Assembly: GCA_015059015.1 (NCBI GenBank)
Contig: SVBG01000001.1
Span: 10,026 to 74,025, forward strand
Length of the DNA: 64,000 bases
Reading direction: 5' to 3'
Source: Erysipelotrichaceae bacterium
GTDB lineage: Bacteria; Bacillota_I; Bacilli_A; ML615J-28; CAG-313
The position numbers and the translations under genes were made by a program. Numbering within the stretch: the stretch's first letter is position 1; the number at the start of each line of letters is the position of its first letter. A model generated the notes under the pieces. That model saw nothing but the letters and a program-made list of their open reading frames with translations, did no database searches and was not told the origin of the DNA. This document shows, piece after piece, positions 27,726 through 41,100 of the stretch.

Positions 27726-27842
27726 ATGAAAAAAGAATTTGAAACTCCCACAATAGAAATCATCAATTTTGATGAAAACATTAATTTAGGACCAAATGAC
27801 GAATGGTACGATTCAAATGTTGATATGGGTGGGTGGATTTAA
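27726..27842 (+). CDS. Conserved 38-aa peptide MKKEFETPTIEIINFDENINLGPNDEWYDSNVDMGGWI (paralogue 2 of 3), translationally coupled to the downstream LRR gene
   Basis: The RBS GGAGGAAAATT lies 4-5 nt upstream. The peptide is identical to the copy at 57266, with 2 synonymous DNA differences. The stop TAA lies 2 nt before the ATG of the LRR gene. Confidence 0.6.
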   Translation: MKKEFETPTIEIINFDENINLGPNDEWYDSNVDMGGWI

Positions 27843-27844
27843 TT

Positions 27845-30800
27845 ATGAAAAAGAATTTATTTAAATTATTATTTGTAATGTTATTCGTATTAACAGTTTC
27901 ATTTACATTTGTTTATAATAATAATACAAATGTTTTAGCTGATGAAACAGAAACTGAAGAAGTAGTAGAACCTTCACTTAATATATATAAAAAGAATATA
28001 TCATATGCAAGTGAAATCTATATTATGTATGCAGTTTCATATGAAGGAATAGATGTAACAACTACTCCTGTTAAAATGTTATTCTATAATTCTGTTCAAG
28101 ATGAATATACAACACAAACTGCATCATATGTTGCATCATCTCAAGGTAGTGTAAATATTGGTGGTGTAAGTTGTCAAATATTTGCATCTAATGGACTTGC
28201 AGCGAAACAAATGACAGATGATATCTACGCAAGAGCATATGTAGAAATAGATGGACAAACTATTTATTCAGAAGTAGTAAAATATAGTGTGTTAGAATAT
28301 TATTATGAAATTAAAGAAGCAGGTACTGTTTCTACAAATATCTTAAACTTACTTGAAGCAATGGTTAATTATGGTGCCGCAGCACAAATTAACTTTAACT
28401 ATAATACTGAAAAATTAGCTAACGCAACATATTATAAAGTAAGTGTAGAAAACGCAGTATTATCTGATGGCTTTACAAGTGGAAGATTTAAGGCTGAAGA
28501 ACAAGTAACACTTATTGCACCTGAAAAAGAAGGTTATGTATTTAAAAATTGGACTAATGCAAATGATGATGTAGTATCAACTGATGTAACTTATACATTA
28601 ACAGTAACAAAAGATGAAACGTTAACTGCTAATTATGAAGAAGAAGCAGGTGTAATACTAACTCTTTCAAAGGAAGCAGCGTATGACGCAACTCCTTCTA
28701 CACTTAATCTTCCATCAACTGTAACATTTGATTATAATAACGAAACAGTAACAGAAAATGTTACATGGGACACAACTTCATTTGTAGTAAATCAAATCGG
28801 TAAACAAAAACTATATGGAACATTATCAAATGACTCATATAAAGTAAATGAACTTAGCATTGAAATAGATGTGCTTCCATATACATTTAGTTTAAATGAA
28901 GAAACTAATGAATATTCTATTACTAAATATTATGGAACATCTGAAGAAGAAACTATTCCTGAAACATTTAATAATGTATCTATTGTAGAATTAAAGCAAT
29001 ATGCTTTTGAAAATGTTTTAACACTTAAGAATTTAATTATTCCCACTACAATTAATAAAATAGAACAATCTGCGATTTATGGATGTAATAGTCTTGAAAG
29101 TATTACTATACCTTTTATTGGAGATTGTTTAGATAGTTATAGAACTTTTGGATATATTTTTGGAGCGAGTTCCGCCTCAAATCATTCTACCTATATTCCA
29201 ACAAGTTTAAAAAATTTAACGATCCTAAATAGTGTAACAAACAGTGAATATAGTGCATTCAAAAATTGTAGTAGTTTAACAAATGTATATTATGAAGGAA
29301 CAATAGAAACATGGTGTAATATTGACTTTACTTATCATGAGTCTAACCCGATGTATTATGCAGAAAATTTTTATATGAAAAATGAGGAAGGTAATTGGTA
29401 TGAAGTAACTGAAATTTCAATTCCTGATACTATTACTGAAATTGGTGCTTATCAATTTGTTGGATTTGATAATTTAACAAGTATAACAATTCCAGAAGGA
29501 GTAACAAATATCGAGGCTTTTGCATTTAATAATTGTAATAGTTTGACGAATGTATATTATGAAGGAACAATAGAGTCTTGGTGCAATATGTCGTTTAATA
29601 ATTATTCCTCTAACCCGATGTATTATGCAAATTATTTCTATATGGAAAATGAAGAAGGTAATTGGGACGAAGTGACAGAAATAACAATACCTAACACAAT
29701 TACTAAAATAGGCAATAATCAATTTAGTGGATTCAAAAATGTAAAAAGCATAATAATTTCGGAAGGAATAATGAGTATTGAAAAATATGCGTTTGGTTAT
29801 TGTGATAATTTAACAAATATAGAACTTTCAACCACTATAACAAGTATAGGAGAAGGTGCGTTCTATAGATGTAGAAGTTTAGTAAGTCTAGAAATCCCAG
29901 AAGGAGTAAAAAATATAGAATCTTATACTTTTTCTGATTGCAATAGTTTAACAAGTATAACAATTCCGAATAGTGTAACAAGTATTGGTTCACATGTTTT
30001 TGAGAATTGTATTAGTTTAATAAGCATAACTATTCCAAATAGTGTAACAAGTATAGGAAGTGGTACATTCAGTGGATGTAGTGTTTTAGAAAATATAGAA
30101 CTTTCAAATACTATAACATTTTTTGGAACTAGTGTATTTTATAAATGTAGTAGTCTGACAAGTATAATAATACCAAATTGTGTGACAAGGATTAATTCAT
30201 CTGACTTCTCAGGATGCACAAGTTTAACAAGCATAACAATCCCAAGTAGTGTAACAAGTATCATTTCTTCTGCCTTTCATGGTTGTACAAGTTTAACAAA
30301 TGTATATTATGAAGGATCAATAGAAGACTGGTGCAATATCTCATTTAGTTCATATTTTTCTAATCCGATGTATTATGCAGAACATTTCTATATGAAAAAT
30401 GAAGAAGATAATTGGCATGAAGTAACAGAAATAATAATACCAAATACAATTACTGAAATAGGTTATTGTCAATTCTATGGATTTGAAAATATAACAAGCA
30501 TAACAATCCAAGAAAGTGTAACAAGTATTGTAGATTGTGCGTTTTCTTGGTGTAGTAGTTTAACAAATATAACACTTCCAAATAGTGTAACAAGTGTCGG
30601 ATTAGAGGCTTTTAGTGGATGTAGTAGTTTAACAAGTATAGAAATTCCAAATAGTGTAACAAGCGTTGGAAATAGTGTCTTTTCTTGGTGTAGTAGTTTA
30701 ACAAATATAACACTTCCAAATAGTGTAACAAGTATTGTAGAAGGCGCGTTCTTTAATTGTAGTAGTTTAACAAATATAACACTTCCAAATAGTGTAACAA

Positions 30801-31228
30801 GTATCGGATCATATGCATTTAATGGATGTAGCGGTTTAACAAGTATAACTATTCCAAATAGTGTAACAAGTATCGGCGAAGGTGCCTTCTATAATTGTAG
30901 TGGTTTATTGAGTATAGAAATACCTGAAGGAGTAACAAGTATTGAATCTTCTACTTTCTATGGTTGTAGAAGTTTAACGAGTATTACACTTCCAAATACT
31001 GTAACGACTATAGAATCTTCTACTTTCTATGGTTGTAGAAGTTTAACGAGTATTACACTTCCAAATACTGTAACGACTATAGAATCTAAAGCATTTTATA
31101 GTTGCGCCAATTTAACTTATGTATATTATGTAGGGACTGAAGAAGAATGGAATACAATTATAATAGAATCATCTAATGATTTCTTAATTAATGCTACTAT
31201 TCATTATGAATATGTAAAAAATGAATGA
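27845..31228 (+). CDS. Secreted multidomain BspA-type LRR protein, paralogue C: signal peptide, conserved N-terminal domain, Flg_new-like and Big_4-like modules, then an LRR_5 array of more than 25 repeats
   Basis: Signal peptide MKKNLFKLLFVMLFVLTVSFTFVYN. The LRR consensus is (G/N)CSSLTSITIPNSVTSIGxxAF. The preferred start is the ATG at 27845; the ORF track uses the GTG at 27833, which lies inside the peptide gene. Confidence 0.85.
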   Translation: MKKNLFKLLFVMLFVLTVSFTFVYNNNTNVLADETETEEVVEPSLNIYKKNISYASEIYIMYAVSYEGIDVTTTPVKMLFYNSVQDEYTTQTASYVASSQGSVNIGGVSCQIFASNGLAAKQMTDDIYARAYVEIDGQTIYSEVVKYSVLEYYYEIKEAGTVSTNILNLLEAMVNYGAAAQINFNYNTEKLANATYYKVSVENAVLSDGFTSGRFKAEEQVTLIAPEKEGYVFKNWTNANDDVVSTDVTYTLTVTKDETLTANYEEEAGVILTLSKEAAYDATPSTLNLPSTVTFDYNNETVTENVTWDTTSFVVNQIGKQKLYGTLSNDSYKVNELSIEIDVLPYTFSLNEETNEYSITKYYGTSEEETIPETFNNVSIVELKQYAFENVLTLKNLIIPTTINKIEQSAIYGCNSLESITIPFIGDCLDSYRTFGYIFGASSASNHSTYIPTSLKNLTILNSVTNSEYSAFKNCSSLTNVYYEGTIETWCNIDFTYHESNPMYYAENFYMKNEEGNWYEVTEISIPDTITEIGAYQFVGFDNLTSITIPEGVTNIEAFAFNNCNSLTNVYYEGTIESWCNMSFNNYSSNPMYYANYFYMENEEGNWDEVTEITIPNTITKIGNNQFSGFKNVKSIIISEGIMSIEKYAFGYCDNLTNIELSTTITSIGEGAFYRCRSLVSLEIPEGVKNIESYTFSDCNSLTSITIPNSVTSIGSHVFENCISLISITIPNSVTSIGSGTFSGCSVLENIELSNTITFFGTSVFYKCSSLTSIIIPNCVTRINSSDFSGCTSLTSITIPSSVTSIISSAFHGCTSLTNVYYEGSIEDWCNISFSSYFSNPMYYAEHFYMKNEEDNWHEVTEIIIPNTITEIGYCQFYGFENITSITIQESVTSIVDCAFSWCSSLTNITLPNSVTSVGLEAFSGCSSLTSIEIPNSVTSVGNSVFSWCSSLTNITLPNSVTSIVEGAFFNCSSLTNITLPNSVTSIGSYAFNGCSGLTSITIPNSVTSIGEGAFYNCSGLLSIEIPEGVTSIESSTFYGCRSLTSITLPNTVTTIESSTFYGCRSLTSITLPNTVTTIESKAFYSCANLTYVYYVGTEEEWNTIIIESSNDFLINATIHYEYVKNE

Positions 31229-31265
31229 TAATTTATAATTTAAAGAATTAATCATATAAAATAGA

Positions 31266-31316
31266 TAGACTTTTTGAATAGTGATTTTATATTCTATTCA
31301 AAAAGTCTTTTTTTTT
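31266..31316 (+). terminator. Rho-independent terminator of the LRR gene
   Basis: atagactttttgaatag...ctattcaaaaagtct followed by ttttttttt. Confidence 0.6.
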
Positions 31317-32082
31317 GTATTAAATCTTAACGATATAAAAGATAGAACGTCTTTTATAGGATAAATTATTAAAAACTGTTCTAAAATTTCTATGTTAAAA
31401 ATCGAATGTTAAAATTTATAATTATAAAAGTGTCTTTATAATATTTAAAAGTTATTTAATAATAGGAAATGAAAAATATAAAAATTATTGTTTGAAACTA
31501 TGCATAGAGCATTATTTTTAATGTAGTTAGCGAACTTATAAAATGATAGGTCCATAATATTAGATATGTTTGTTGTATTTAAATTATATGCAAATTTTGA
31601 AAAAAGGAATTAAAGTTTGGAATTATAGTGCATTAATGATAGCTGAATTAGTTAACAATTAGTGTCTTGGTTAATTTTTTTACGAATGTTTAATATAGGT
31701 AAAATATTAGTGCTTTAATTTTCTAATTCTAAAGCATATTTTTGAAAGTGAGTGATTATTGAGTAACGATTTTAATTTAAAAATATGGACTATTTTACTA
31801 TTTAATTTTTGACTGTGTTGTGCTTCATACTATTGATAGAGAGTATATAATTCGAGATATTGACTTATTAATAGTTGGTATAACGAGTAATAATGTAATA
31901 TTGTTTGAGATGCTTTTTGCATCTCTTTTTCTGAAAAAGTGTATAAAATTATTTTTCTAATATTTCCTATTTAAATGTGCTTTTTGGTTTAAAATTTAAT
32001 TATTTGTAATCCAATAATTGGAAAAAGTTTTAATTAAAAAAAGTAAAATCTAATTTTTTTGAATATTTTAAGGTAGGATTAC

Positions 32083-32111
32083 TTGCAAAAAAAGAAGTTT
32101 TTTAGTATAAT
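32083..32111 (+). promoter_or_regulatory. Sigma-A promoter for the giant gene
   Basis: TTGCAA-17 nt-TATAAT lies 38 nt upstream of the RBS AGAGGTG and the ATG at 32149. Confidence 0.5.
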
Positions 32112-32148
32112 AAATGAGTAAAGTCATAAATAAAAGAGGTGAATTACA

Positions 32149-35100
32149 ATGATGGATTTTAATCTGATATTGTTGCTAGTCGGGTTGGGATTACTAGTAC
32201 TAGTAGCAGTATTTGTACTTTTAGGTTGTTTCGCTGGTCTAAAGAAAGAACTTAAATGTACAGCCATCGGCTTTGTGGTGTTACTTTTAACATTACTGGT
32301 CTTTGGTAACTCTTCAACAATCCTTGATTTTAATGGATCATTGTTGAAGGATTTCATTCAGGGAATTCCAAGCTCTGCAGAAACTGTTTGGGACTGCATT
32401 TTAGCACTTGTTCAAACAAAAGTTCCTGGAGGGGCTGAGATCTTTGCTGAAGGAACAAAATCCTATGCCTTTTTATACAGTGTTGTGAGTGGCGTTGCAC
32501 GTGGTGCAATGTTAATCATTGGAACATTAGTAATGTTCATTCTATGTACTATCGGTCTTGGTATTTACCGTTTAGTTAGTAGAATTGTTGCTCACAATAA
32601 AGCTAAGAAGCGTGCTGAAGCTGGTGTTGAAGAACCTGCTCCTGAACAAGACAAAGTTATGAATGACAATGTCTTAGTAGCACAATCTGAAGCTGGTGAT
32701 GACGAAGGAGTTATGATAACGGCAAACAAAGAGCCTGTTAAACCTGGTTCTGGTAAGCACCGTGGATGGGCTGGGGCCCTTGCGGGGCTTCGTGCTGTAA
32801 TCGCAATTATCTTCTTATTCGCTCCTGTATCTGGCGTATGTTCGATTCTGGATGAGATTTCTCCTGAAACTGAAACACTTATTAATGAATCATTAAGCGG
32901 TAATAAACAAAACACTGCTGCATCAGAAACTATCTTAGATGTTGTTCTTGATTTTAAAGATGCATATTATGATAGTGCAGTAGGTAAGTTTATTGAAGGG
33001 TCTAAATTCTTCTTTGGTGAATCATTTAGTTTACAACTTTTCGATAGTGCATTTGTTATTGAAGGCGACAAAAATAACATTGTAGTACGTGAAGAAGCTA
33101 TTGTCTTTGTTGATGCTGTAAATGCATTAGAAGGCAATCTTGATTTGAAAAAGTTAGAATATAGCCAAATCGCTAATGCTTTAGATGAATTGAAAGATTC
33201 TAAATTACTTGTTGAGGCTATGCCTGTTGCTATTGAAACAGCATACTACTATCCAATTAATGCAAAAGGAAACATTAAATTAATGGGTAGTAATGAATCT
33301 TTAAAAGATTTATTATTTGCTGCAAAACAACAAGCTGCATTCTTAGAATTAAGACAAGTAGATTGGGATAAGAACATTGAGATTTTACTTGATACTGTTA
33401 AAGAAGCTTATAAACTTGGTGTCTTAGAAGATGATTTTAATTTCTTAACTATGGATCCAGAACAATTAAGCGCTACAGTTGAAGTACTTCTTAAATCTGA
33501 TGCTGTTAATAGTCTTTTAAATATCGCTGTTCAAACTGCATTAAAATTAGATGTTGTTAAAAATGCTGTTGGTGAATTACCTGCTGCTGACTTATCTGAT
33601 TTTAGTTGGAAAGAAGAATTTGAAACTATTATTGACATCTATGAAATATTCCAAGGTTTAGAAATTACTTCATTAAACAATCTTGATATTAAAGCATTAG
33701 TTTCTGAAATCGTAAATGATGAAGACAAACTTGAAATTGTTGCAGATATCGTTAAAGAAGTTACTGAATTACAACTAGTTAACAAAGTTGGTTATGACGC
33801 ATTGCTTGGATATGTTTCAAATATGAGTCATGTCGTTAATGCTGGTGATGATGTTGTTAAAGCAGTAAAAGATTTAAAAGATGTTAATTGGTCAAATGAT
33901 ATTAATATTTATGTTGAAGCAGCAATTGAAGCATTACCACTTATTGAAATTGGTGATGATTTAAAAATTAATGTTGATTATCTAAATTTAGATGTTGATA
34001 CAATTAGAAATGTACTTGATATCTTATTTACTACTGAATCATTTGAAAAAGTACTTCCTATTGGAGCAAGTGTTGGTTTAAATATCGCATTATCTAACGA
34101 AAAAGTTATTGGTTTCTTAGGCGATATTAAAGTAGAACTTGATACTTCTGCAATTAATTGGAAACAAGAAGTTACAACTTTAGTGGATGCATATGATGAA
34201 TTCCAAGATCTTGGAATTAAATCATTAGAAGAAGTGGATAAAGTATTACTTACTCAAATTCTAAATGATAGCAAAAAAGTTGAAATTATTGAAAATGTAA
34301 TTGAAAAAGTTACTGAATTACAATTACTTAAAGAAGTAGTATATGGTGTTGCAATTGAATATGTACTAAACATTAAAACTATCCAAGATCAAGGTACTGA
34401 TCTTGTAGAAACACTTACAGAATTAAAAGAGTATGATTGGTCAAAAGATATTAATGTATATGTTGATGCAGCAATCGCAGCATTACCACTAGTTGATATT
34501 GAATATGGATTCGAAATTAAAATTGATATTTTAAATTTAGATGCAGCACAACTTCAAGTTGTAGTTGATACATTATTTAATGCTGAATCATTTGAAAAAC
34601 TATTACCTGTTGTTGCAAACATTGGATTAGATAAAGCATTATCTAACGAAAAAGTTAAAGAAATTATTGGTGAAGAAAAAATTGTTTATGATACTTCTAA
34701 TGTTAACTGGAAACAAGACTTTACATCATTAGTTAACATTTATAGTACATTCCAAGTTCTTGATATCAATAGTCCAGAAGACTTTAATGATATGTTAGCT
34801 GTTGCAAAACGTATCTTAGATAGTGATGAAAAATGTGATGCAGTTGAATCGATTTTACTTCAACTTGTTGATATGACAATTTATGAAGGTGTTGTTATTC
34901 CATTTGCTGATGCTGCTGTAACTAATTTAATTAGTACAAGAGCTTCAAACTTTGAAGGTATCTTAGATATTACTAAACTTAATAAAGATGCATGGAAGAA
35001 TGATTTTACTGATTTAGTTGCTATTGCACGAAATGTTTATGAAATTTGCGGGCTTGAATTTAAATTAGAAAATATTGATTTCGAAGTTCTTTGTGGAGTT

Positions 35101-38100
35101 CTTGGTACAGAAACTGTTGAATTATTATTTAACTTAAATTTACTTGATGGTAATGAAACTAAAAATCAATTAGTTATTGCTGTATTAAAACAATTTAATG
35201 TATTTGATGAAGAACAATTAGCAAATGTTGATTTAAGTGAAGTTATCTGGGTTTCAAATGGTGAATATTCAGAAGTTGCTAATTTCCAAGAAATTTTAAC
35301 AATTTTAGGCAAAATGCTTGAAGTTAAGGGATTTGATTTAAATAACTTAAAATTTAATTATAATGACATTCTTGCTGATGAAAATGTATATGGATATGCA
35401 GTAGATTTATTAGATGTTGTTGTTGATTCTGAATTAATTCTTGCTTTGATGCCTAATATTCTTGATAAATATGTTGTTCCTCAAGTAGAAAAATGGGATG
35501 ATGAAGATGCTACATTAAATCAAATTATTACTGGTTTAGATTCTGAAGAATTAGTACTTGAAGTTCAAAAACTAGTTGATGTTGTGAAAGCAGTTGTTGA
35601 TCTTAATGTATTAAATTACGAAGATGAAGGTATCCAAGGAATTGATTTTGGTAATACAGATGCTCTTAGAACAATCGTTAATGGTATTTTTGATTCTAAA
35701 CTTCTAGAAGGTTATGAATCAAGAGTAGTTCGTATCTTACTTAAAGTTACTAACTTATTCCCTGATCTTGCAAAAGGTACATTTGATAATGTTGATTTTG
35801 ATAGTGAACAAGCAATTTTAATTGCTGCTATTGATGCATTAGAAGTTGTACTTAAAGATGAAAACTTCTTAACATTTGATGAAAATGGTAAATTCAAATT
35901 AGATAAAGAATTCTACTTAAAAGATGAAACTTTAGATGCATTCTTAAATACTTTAAAAGCTCTATTTGGTGAATACAAAGAAGGCGGTTCAGTATACGGT
36001 TCTGAAATTGTTGAAATTTTATTACCTGATTTATTTGAAAAATTTGTTGCTAAATTAATTCCTGAACAATTTGATGAATTAATGGCTATCTTAAATATTG
36101 ATGGTGCTAATCCAGGTCTTTTAGCTGATGATGTTCGTAAAGTTATTTATATTGCTGAATTATTAATCGATGAAAAAGTTCAATCATACTTACTTGGAAA
36201 TGATTATAATTTCGCTAATATTATTGATGCTCTTCAAGAAGTTGTTGTTACTGTATTTAACTTAAATATGGTAAATGGTAGTGAAGCTGAACTTATGGCA
36301 TGGGCTCTTAACTATGTACAATCAGTTGCTAAATTAAATGTTGGTACATTTACAGCTGAAGATTTCGCAAATGTTGATTGGGATAAAGAAGTTGTTGCTA
36401 TTAATACAGTACTTAATGATGTTGTTAAATTTACAAATATCAATAAGATTTCTACAGTTAATAAAGTTATTGAATTTATTAAGAATAAAGACTTCTTAAA
36501 AGATGATTTCTATCAAACTTATAACATAAATGTTATATTTGATACTATTGAAGATATATTTGATTTACAAACAATTGAATATACACTTCCTGTAGTATTA
36601 GAATATGCATTAAATCTTGCTAAAGAAAAGAACTTTGATGTTTCATTCTTAGGTGACAACATGACTGGTGAATTACTAGTTGAAGATGTTATGTCAATTG
36701 TTGAAGCATTAAAAGTTGCAGTTTATGATATTGAAATTTTAGAATATAAGAAAGCTAATTGGACAGGTGATCTTCCAGAAGTTGAATATGTTGTTGAAAT
36801 TTTAGATATTATTGTTAATTTAAATATTTTAGAAAATAAAGAAAAACAATTATTACGTTATTTAGTAGATAAATTTATTCCTACTAATCCTTATGTTAAA
36901 GTAAGTGATTTCGTATTCGATTTACATTATGATTTTGATGCTGATTATGAAATTATTAAAGAAGCTTTACCATTAATTTATGAATTAATTTACGCTAATA
37001 ACATGACTAAGATTGAACAAGTTAAAGCATTCTTTACTGAAAAATGGTATATGAATACTGATTTAGTTAAAGATTATAACATTAGTCTTGCATGTGATTT
37101 AGTAGAATTATTAAGTGATTTACAATTAGTAGAACAAGCATTATTTGGTCTTGCTAACAACCTTCCTGAATTAGATGCTCTTACTAAGATTGGTGATTTC
37201 TCAAGCTTAAAAACTCTTTCAAGAAGAGAACTTGTAAATGATCTTAAGACACTTGTAAGTATTGTTCGTCAAGGTTTAGATGCTAATTTACTAGATTATT
37301 ATGAATATAAAGATTTAGATTATATTGATTACGAAGCTCTTGCTGGTATTATTGAAACTGTTGGAACACTTAACACCGTTAAATATTGTGGTTCTGATAT
37401 TCTTCCAGAAGTGCTTAATTATCTTGTTTCTAAAAATGCTAAATTAAATATCGATTATACATTTACTAAAGCTGATTTTGCTGATGTAGATTGGGAAGAA
37501 GAAACAATTATTTTAGGTCAAGTATTAGTTGAAACTGGTGCATTATTAAATAATATTAATCTTGATTCATTATCAGATATCTTATTATTTATTAATCATA
37601 AAGACTATTTAGATACTACTATCTATACTGATGCTAATGCTAAACAAGTTGTTAATATTCTTGATATTGCAGTTGAAAGTGAAGTTATTAAAGCTGTAGG
37701 TATCGTTGGATTTGAATATGCATTAGATTTCGCAAAAGATAAAGGATTTGATATTACATTCTTAAAAGGCAAATTAACTAGTGATGAATTAATTAGTGAT
37801 TTAGATGTAATTGTTGAAATTGCATTGAATGCTATTGAATTTGGTGCTGTTGAATATGTTGTTACTAAGAATATTAATAATATCGATACTACTTATCTTG
37901 TAAATATTGTTGCATTATTAGAAGAACTTAACATTCTAAAATGTGCACAACCTGAATGGACTGAACTTGTAGTTTCTAAAGTTGCTCCATTATTAAAACT
38001 TGAATTAAAAGTAAATGCTGCTAAATATCGATTCATTAACTTTGCTGATGAAAATGTATTGCTTCAAGAAGCTATCATATTAATTGGTCAAATACTAGAA

Positions 38101-41100
38101 AATGAAAATATTCATAGTATTGATGAAATTAAACAATTTATTGGTAATAAAGATTACTTAGATATTAATGCTTATAAAGATGAAGTTATTGCTAATGTAC
38201 AAGACTTATTAGTTCTTGCAACTGAAAGTGATATTTTAGGTGTTCATTTAATTGAATTATTTGATTATGCTATTTCTCTTGCATCTTCTAAGACTAACTA
38301 TGATTTATCATTTATGGAAGATGTTGTTACAACTAGTGAACTTCAAGCTGATATTAGAAAGTTAGTTGAAATTAGTGATTATTTAGTTGAATTTGGTATC
38401 GTTGAACTAATTCTTCTTGGTGATGTTACAATTAATCTTGATCCAATTATTGAAGTAGTTCCTCTATTAGAAGAAGTTAATCTTCTTACTAAGACAAATG
38501 ATTATATTGCTGAAATCGTTTATAACATTATTCTTCCTAAGATTGGTTTAAAATCTGTTGATGTTGAACACTTTGAAGATATTGATTTCGCAAAAGAAAA
38601 TGCTGTATTAGTTAAAGTATTAGAAGAAGTTAAAGTATTATTAGAACTTGAAGACTTTACTACTGTATCTGACGTTGTATCATTTGTTAAGAATAAAGAA
38701 TATTTATACTCTGATAAATATGAACAAACATTTAATAGCGATGCTGTTGAATCAATGTTTAGACTAGTTCAATTAGCAGTTTCTAGTGAACTTGTTCAAT
38801 TAGAACTTGTTCCATTATTCAACTATGGTGTAACTAAATTAGCTGAAAAAGTTGATGTTGCATTCTTAGAAGACAGTGTTAAAACATCTGAACTTGTAAG
38901 TGATGTTGATGTATTAATTAAGATTGCTAGACTTGCTATTGAATTTGGTGCATTAGAATATGTATTTACTAAGGATATTGAAGTTGTTAACTTAGAACCT
39001 GTAATTGAAATTGTTGCGTTATTAGAAGAATTAAATATTGCTAAAAATAGTAATAGACAACTTTCAGCATTTGTATTTAACTTAATTTATGATAAACTTG
39101 GTATTAACAAAGATGCTAATGAATTAGCTAAAGCTAAACAAGGTCGTTCATCTAAAGTTAAACCTAGCGAATTTGTATATGTTAATTTTGCAAGTGAAAA
39201 CGTAATTCTTCAAGATGCTCTTGAAGTTGTTAGCTTATTACAAGCAGACTTTGGTCTAACTTCATTAAATGATATTATTGAATTTGTTAATAATAAAGAA
39301 TACACTAAGATTAAAGAATTTAGTGCTGCTACTTATACTCATGCATTAGATTTAATTAATGTTGCTACTATTTCTGCATTAGTTCAATATGCACTTCCTA
39401 CTTTAGCAGACTTTGGTTTAGATAAAGCTAGTGCAAAAGGATATGACTTCACATACCTTTCTGGTGTATTTACTGGTGCTGAACTTGCAAATGATATTAG
39501 AGTTCTTGCTAAAGAAGCTGTATTCTGGTTAAGAGATAATAACATTTTAAGTGTTCTTGATAATAAAGCTGTTGAAGCTTACTATTTTGATGAATTAGCT
39601 GAAACTATTAAAGCATTAAAAGATGTTAATATTCTAAATTATGAACAAGCTACATTAGTTACTAAACTTACTAATTTAATTTATGATAAAGCATTCAAGT
39701 ATGAAGGAACTATTGATGAAACTTACTTTAATGGTATTAATTGGGATGTTGAATTTGATAATGTTGCTGCATTATTAGTTGAACTTGGTGATATTGCTGA
39801 AACATTTGGTATTGAATATGATTTATTATCACTTGATGGATTAAAAGCATTTAAAGCTAATGCTAAGAATCTTGAAATCTACAATGATGAAGAATTATTA
39901 AATAACCTTGCAGATGTATTATCAGTACTAGGAAATTCAAGTGCATTATTATCTGAACTTGAATTTGCTGAAGAATACTTAATTTCTAAATTAGCTGCAA
40001 AAGATATTACATTAAATTCAATCTATACTTCTAAAGAAGGTCTTGCTGAAGATTTAACTGCTTTAATTGATGTTCTTAATGTTGTATATCCTTCTAATGT
40101 TCTTGGATTTGCTACTGGTAAAGAAGAACTTAACCAAGCATATGTTGTTGAACTTGTTGCTGCTGTTGAATCAGTTCTTAACATGAACTTATTAGCAAAC
40201 TCTAAAGCTGATATTCTTGATGTAGTATTTGACAAACTTGGTATTAATGTTGAAAAAGAAAAACTTGATGCTATTGTTTGGGATAATGCTGAAACAGAAG
40301 TTATTGGTGATTTATTACTTGCTGTTAATGATTTAATGGTTGAATTAGAAGTATTAACAATTGAAGATGTTAAAGGTATCAATGTAAAAGAATACTTAAC
40401 AGTTAATTATGAAACTAACGATCGTTTAGCTGCTATTAGTGCTGTTATTAAAGTTGTATTAGAAAGCAAATTAGTTGAAGCTTCATTATTTGGTATTTCT
40501 GAAAAATACTTAAATGGTGAAAAAGTAAGCGGATATGCTGATTTACATGTTATTTATACAGATGTTGCACAAGTTAAAGAAGACTTAACTAAACTTGCTG
40601 CTACAATTGATGCTGTTATTGAATTAGATTTATGTAGTTTCTTAGTTGAAGGTTCTAACATTCCATATGAAAAGAAAGCTGCTATTGAAACTATTATTAA
40701 TAATGTATTTACATTAAATTACTTAAATAACGAAGGTAGAGTTACTGAACTTATCGCTAAAGTATCTCCAATTGATACATCAAGCGTTGACTTTAGTAAT
40801 GTTAACTTAGTAAGTGATGCTCAATTATTAATTGAAGCATATGAAGAATTATTCCCAATCTTAACTTCAGATGAATTCTTCTTAAAGACTAAGAATGATA
40901 TGAAGTCTATTACTAAAGACGATTTAATGTTCTTAACTAATGATGAAAATATGCCTTCTGTTAAAGCTGCTTTAAATAATATTTTAGACACTACATTAGT
41001 AACTGAAACAAATGGTGCTATCTTCTTATTAGTAGTTCCACTAATTAAGAATGCTGCTCCTAAGTATTATGAAGCACTTGACCCTGAAAGATTAACAATT

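Noticed and set aside
32124-32357. 77-aa minus-strand ORF overlapping the start of the giant gene
   Set aside because: It runs antisense to a well-supported gene start (promoter, RBS, TM helices). It has no RBS and a low-complexity product.
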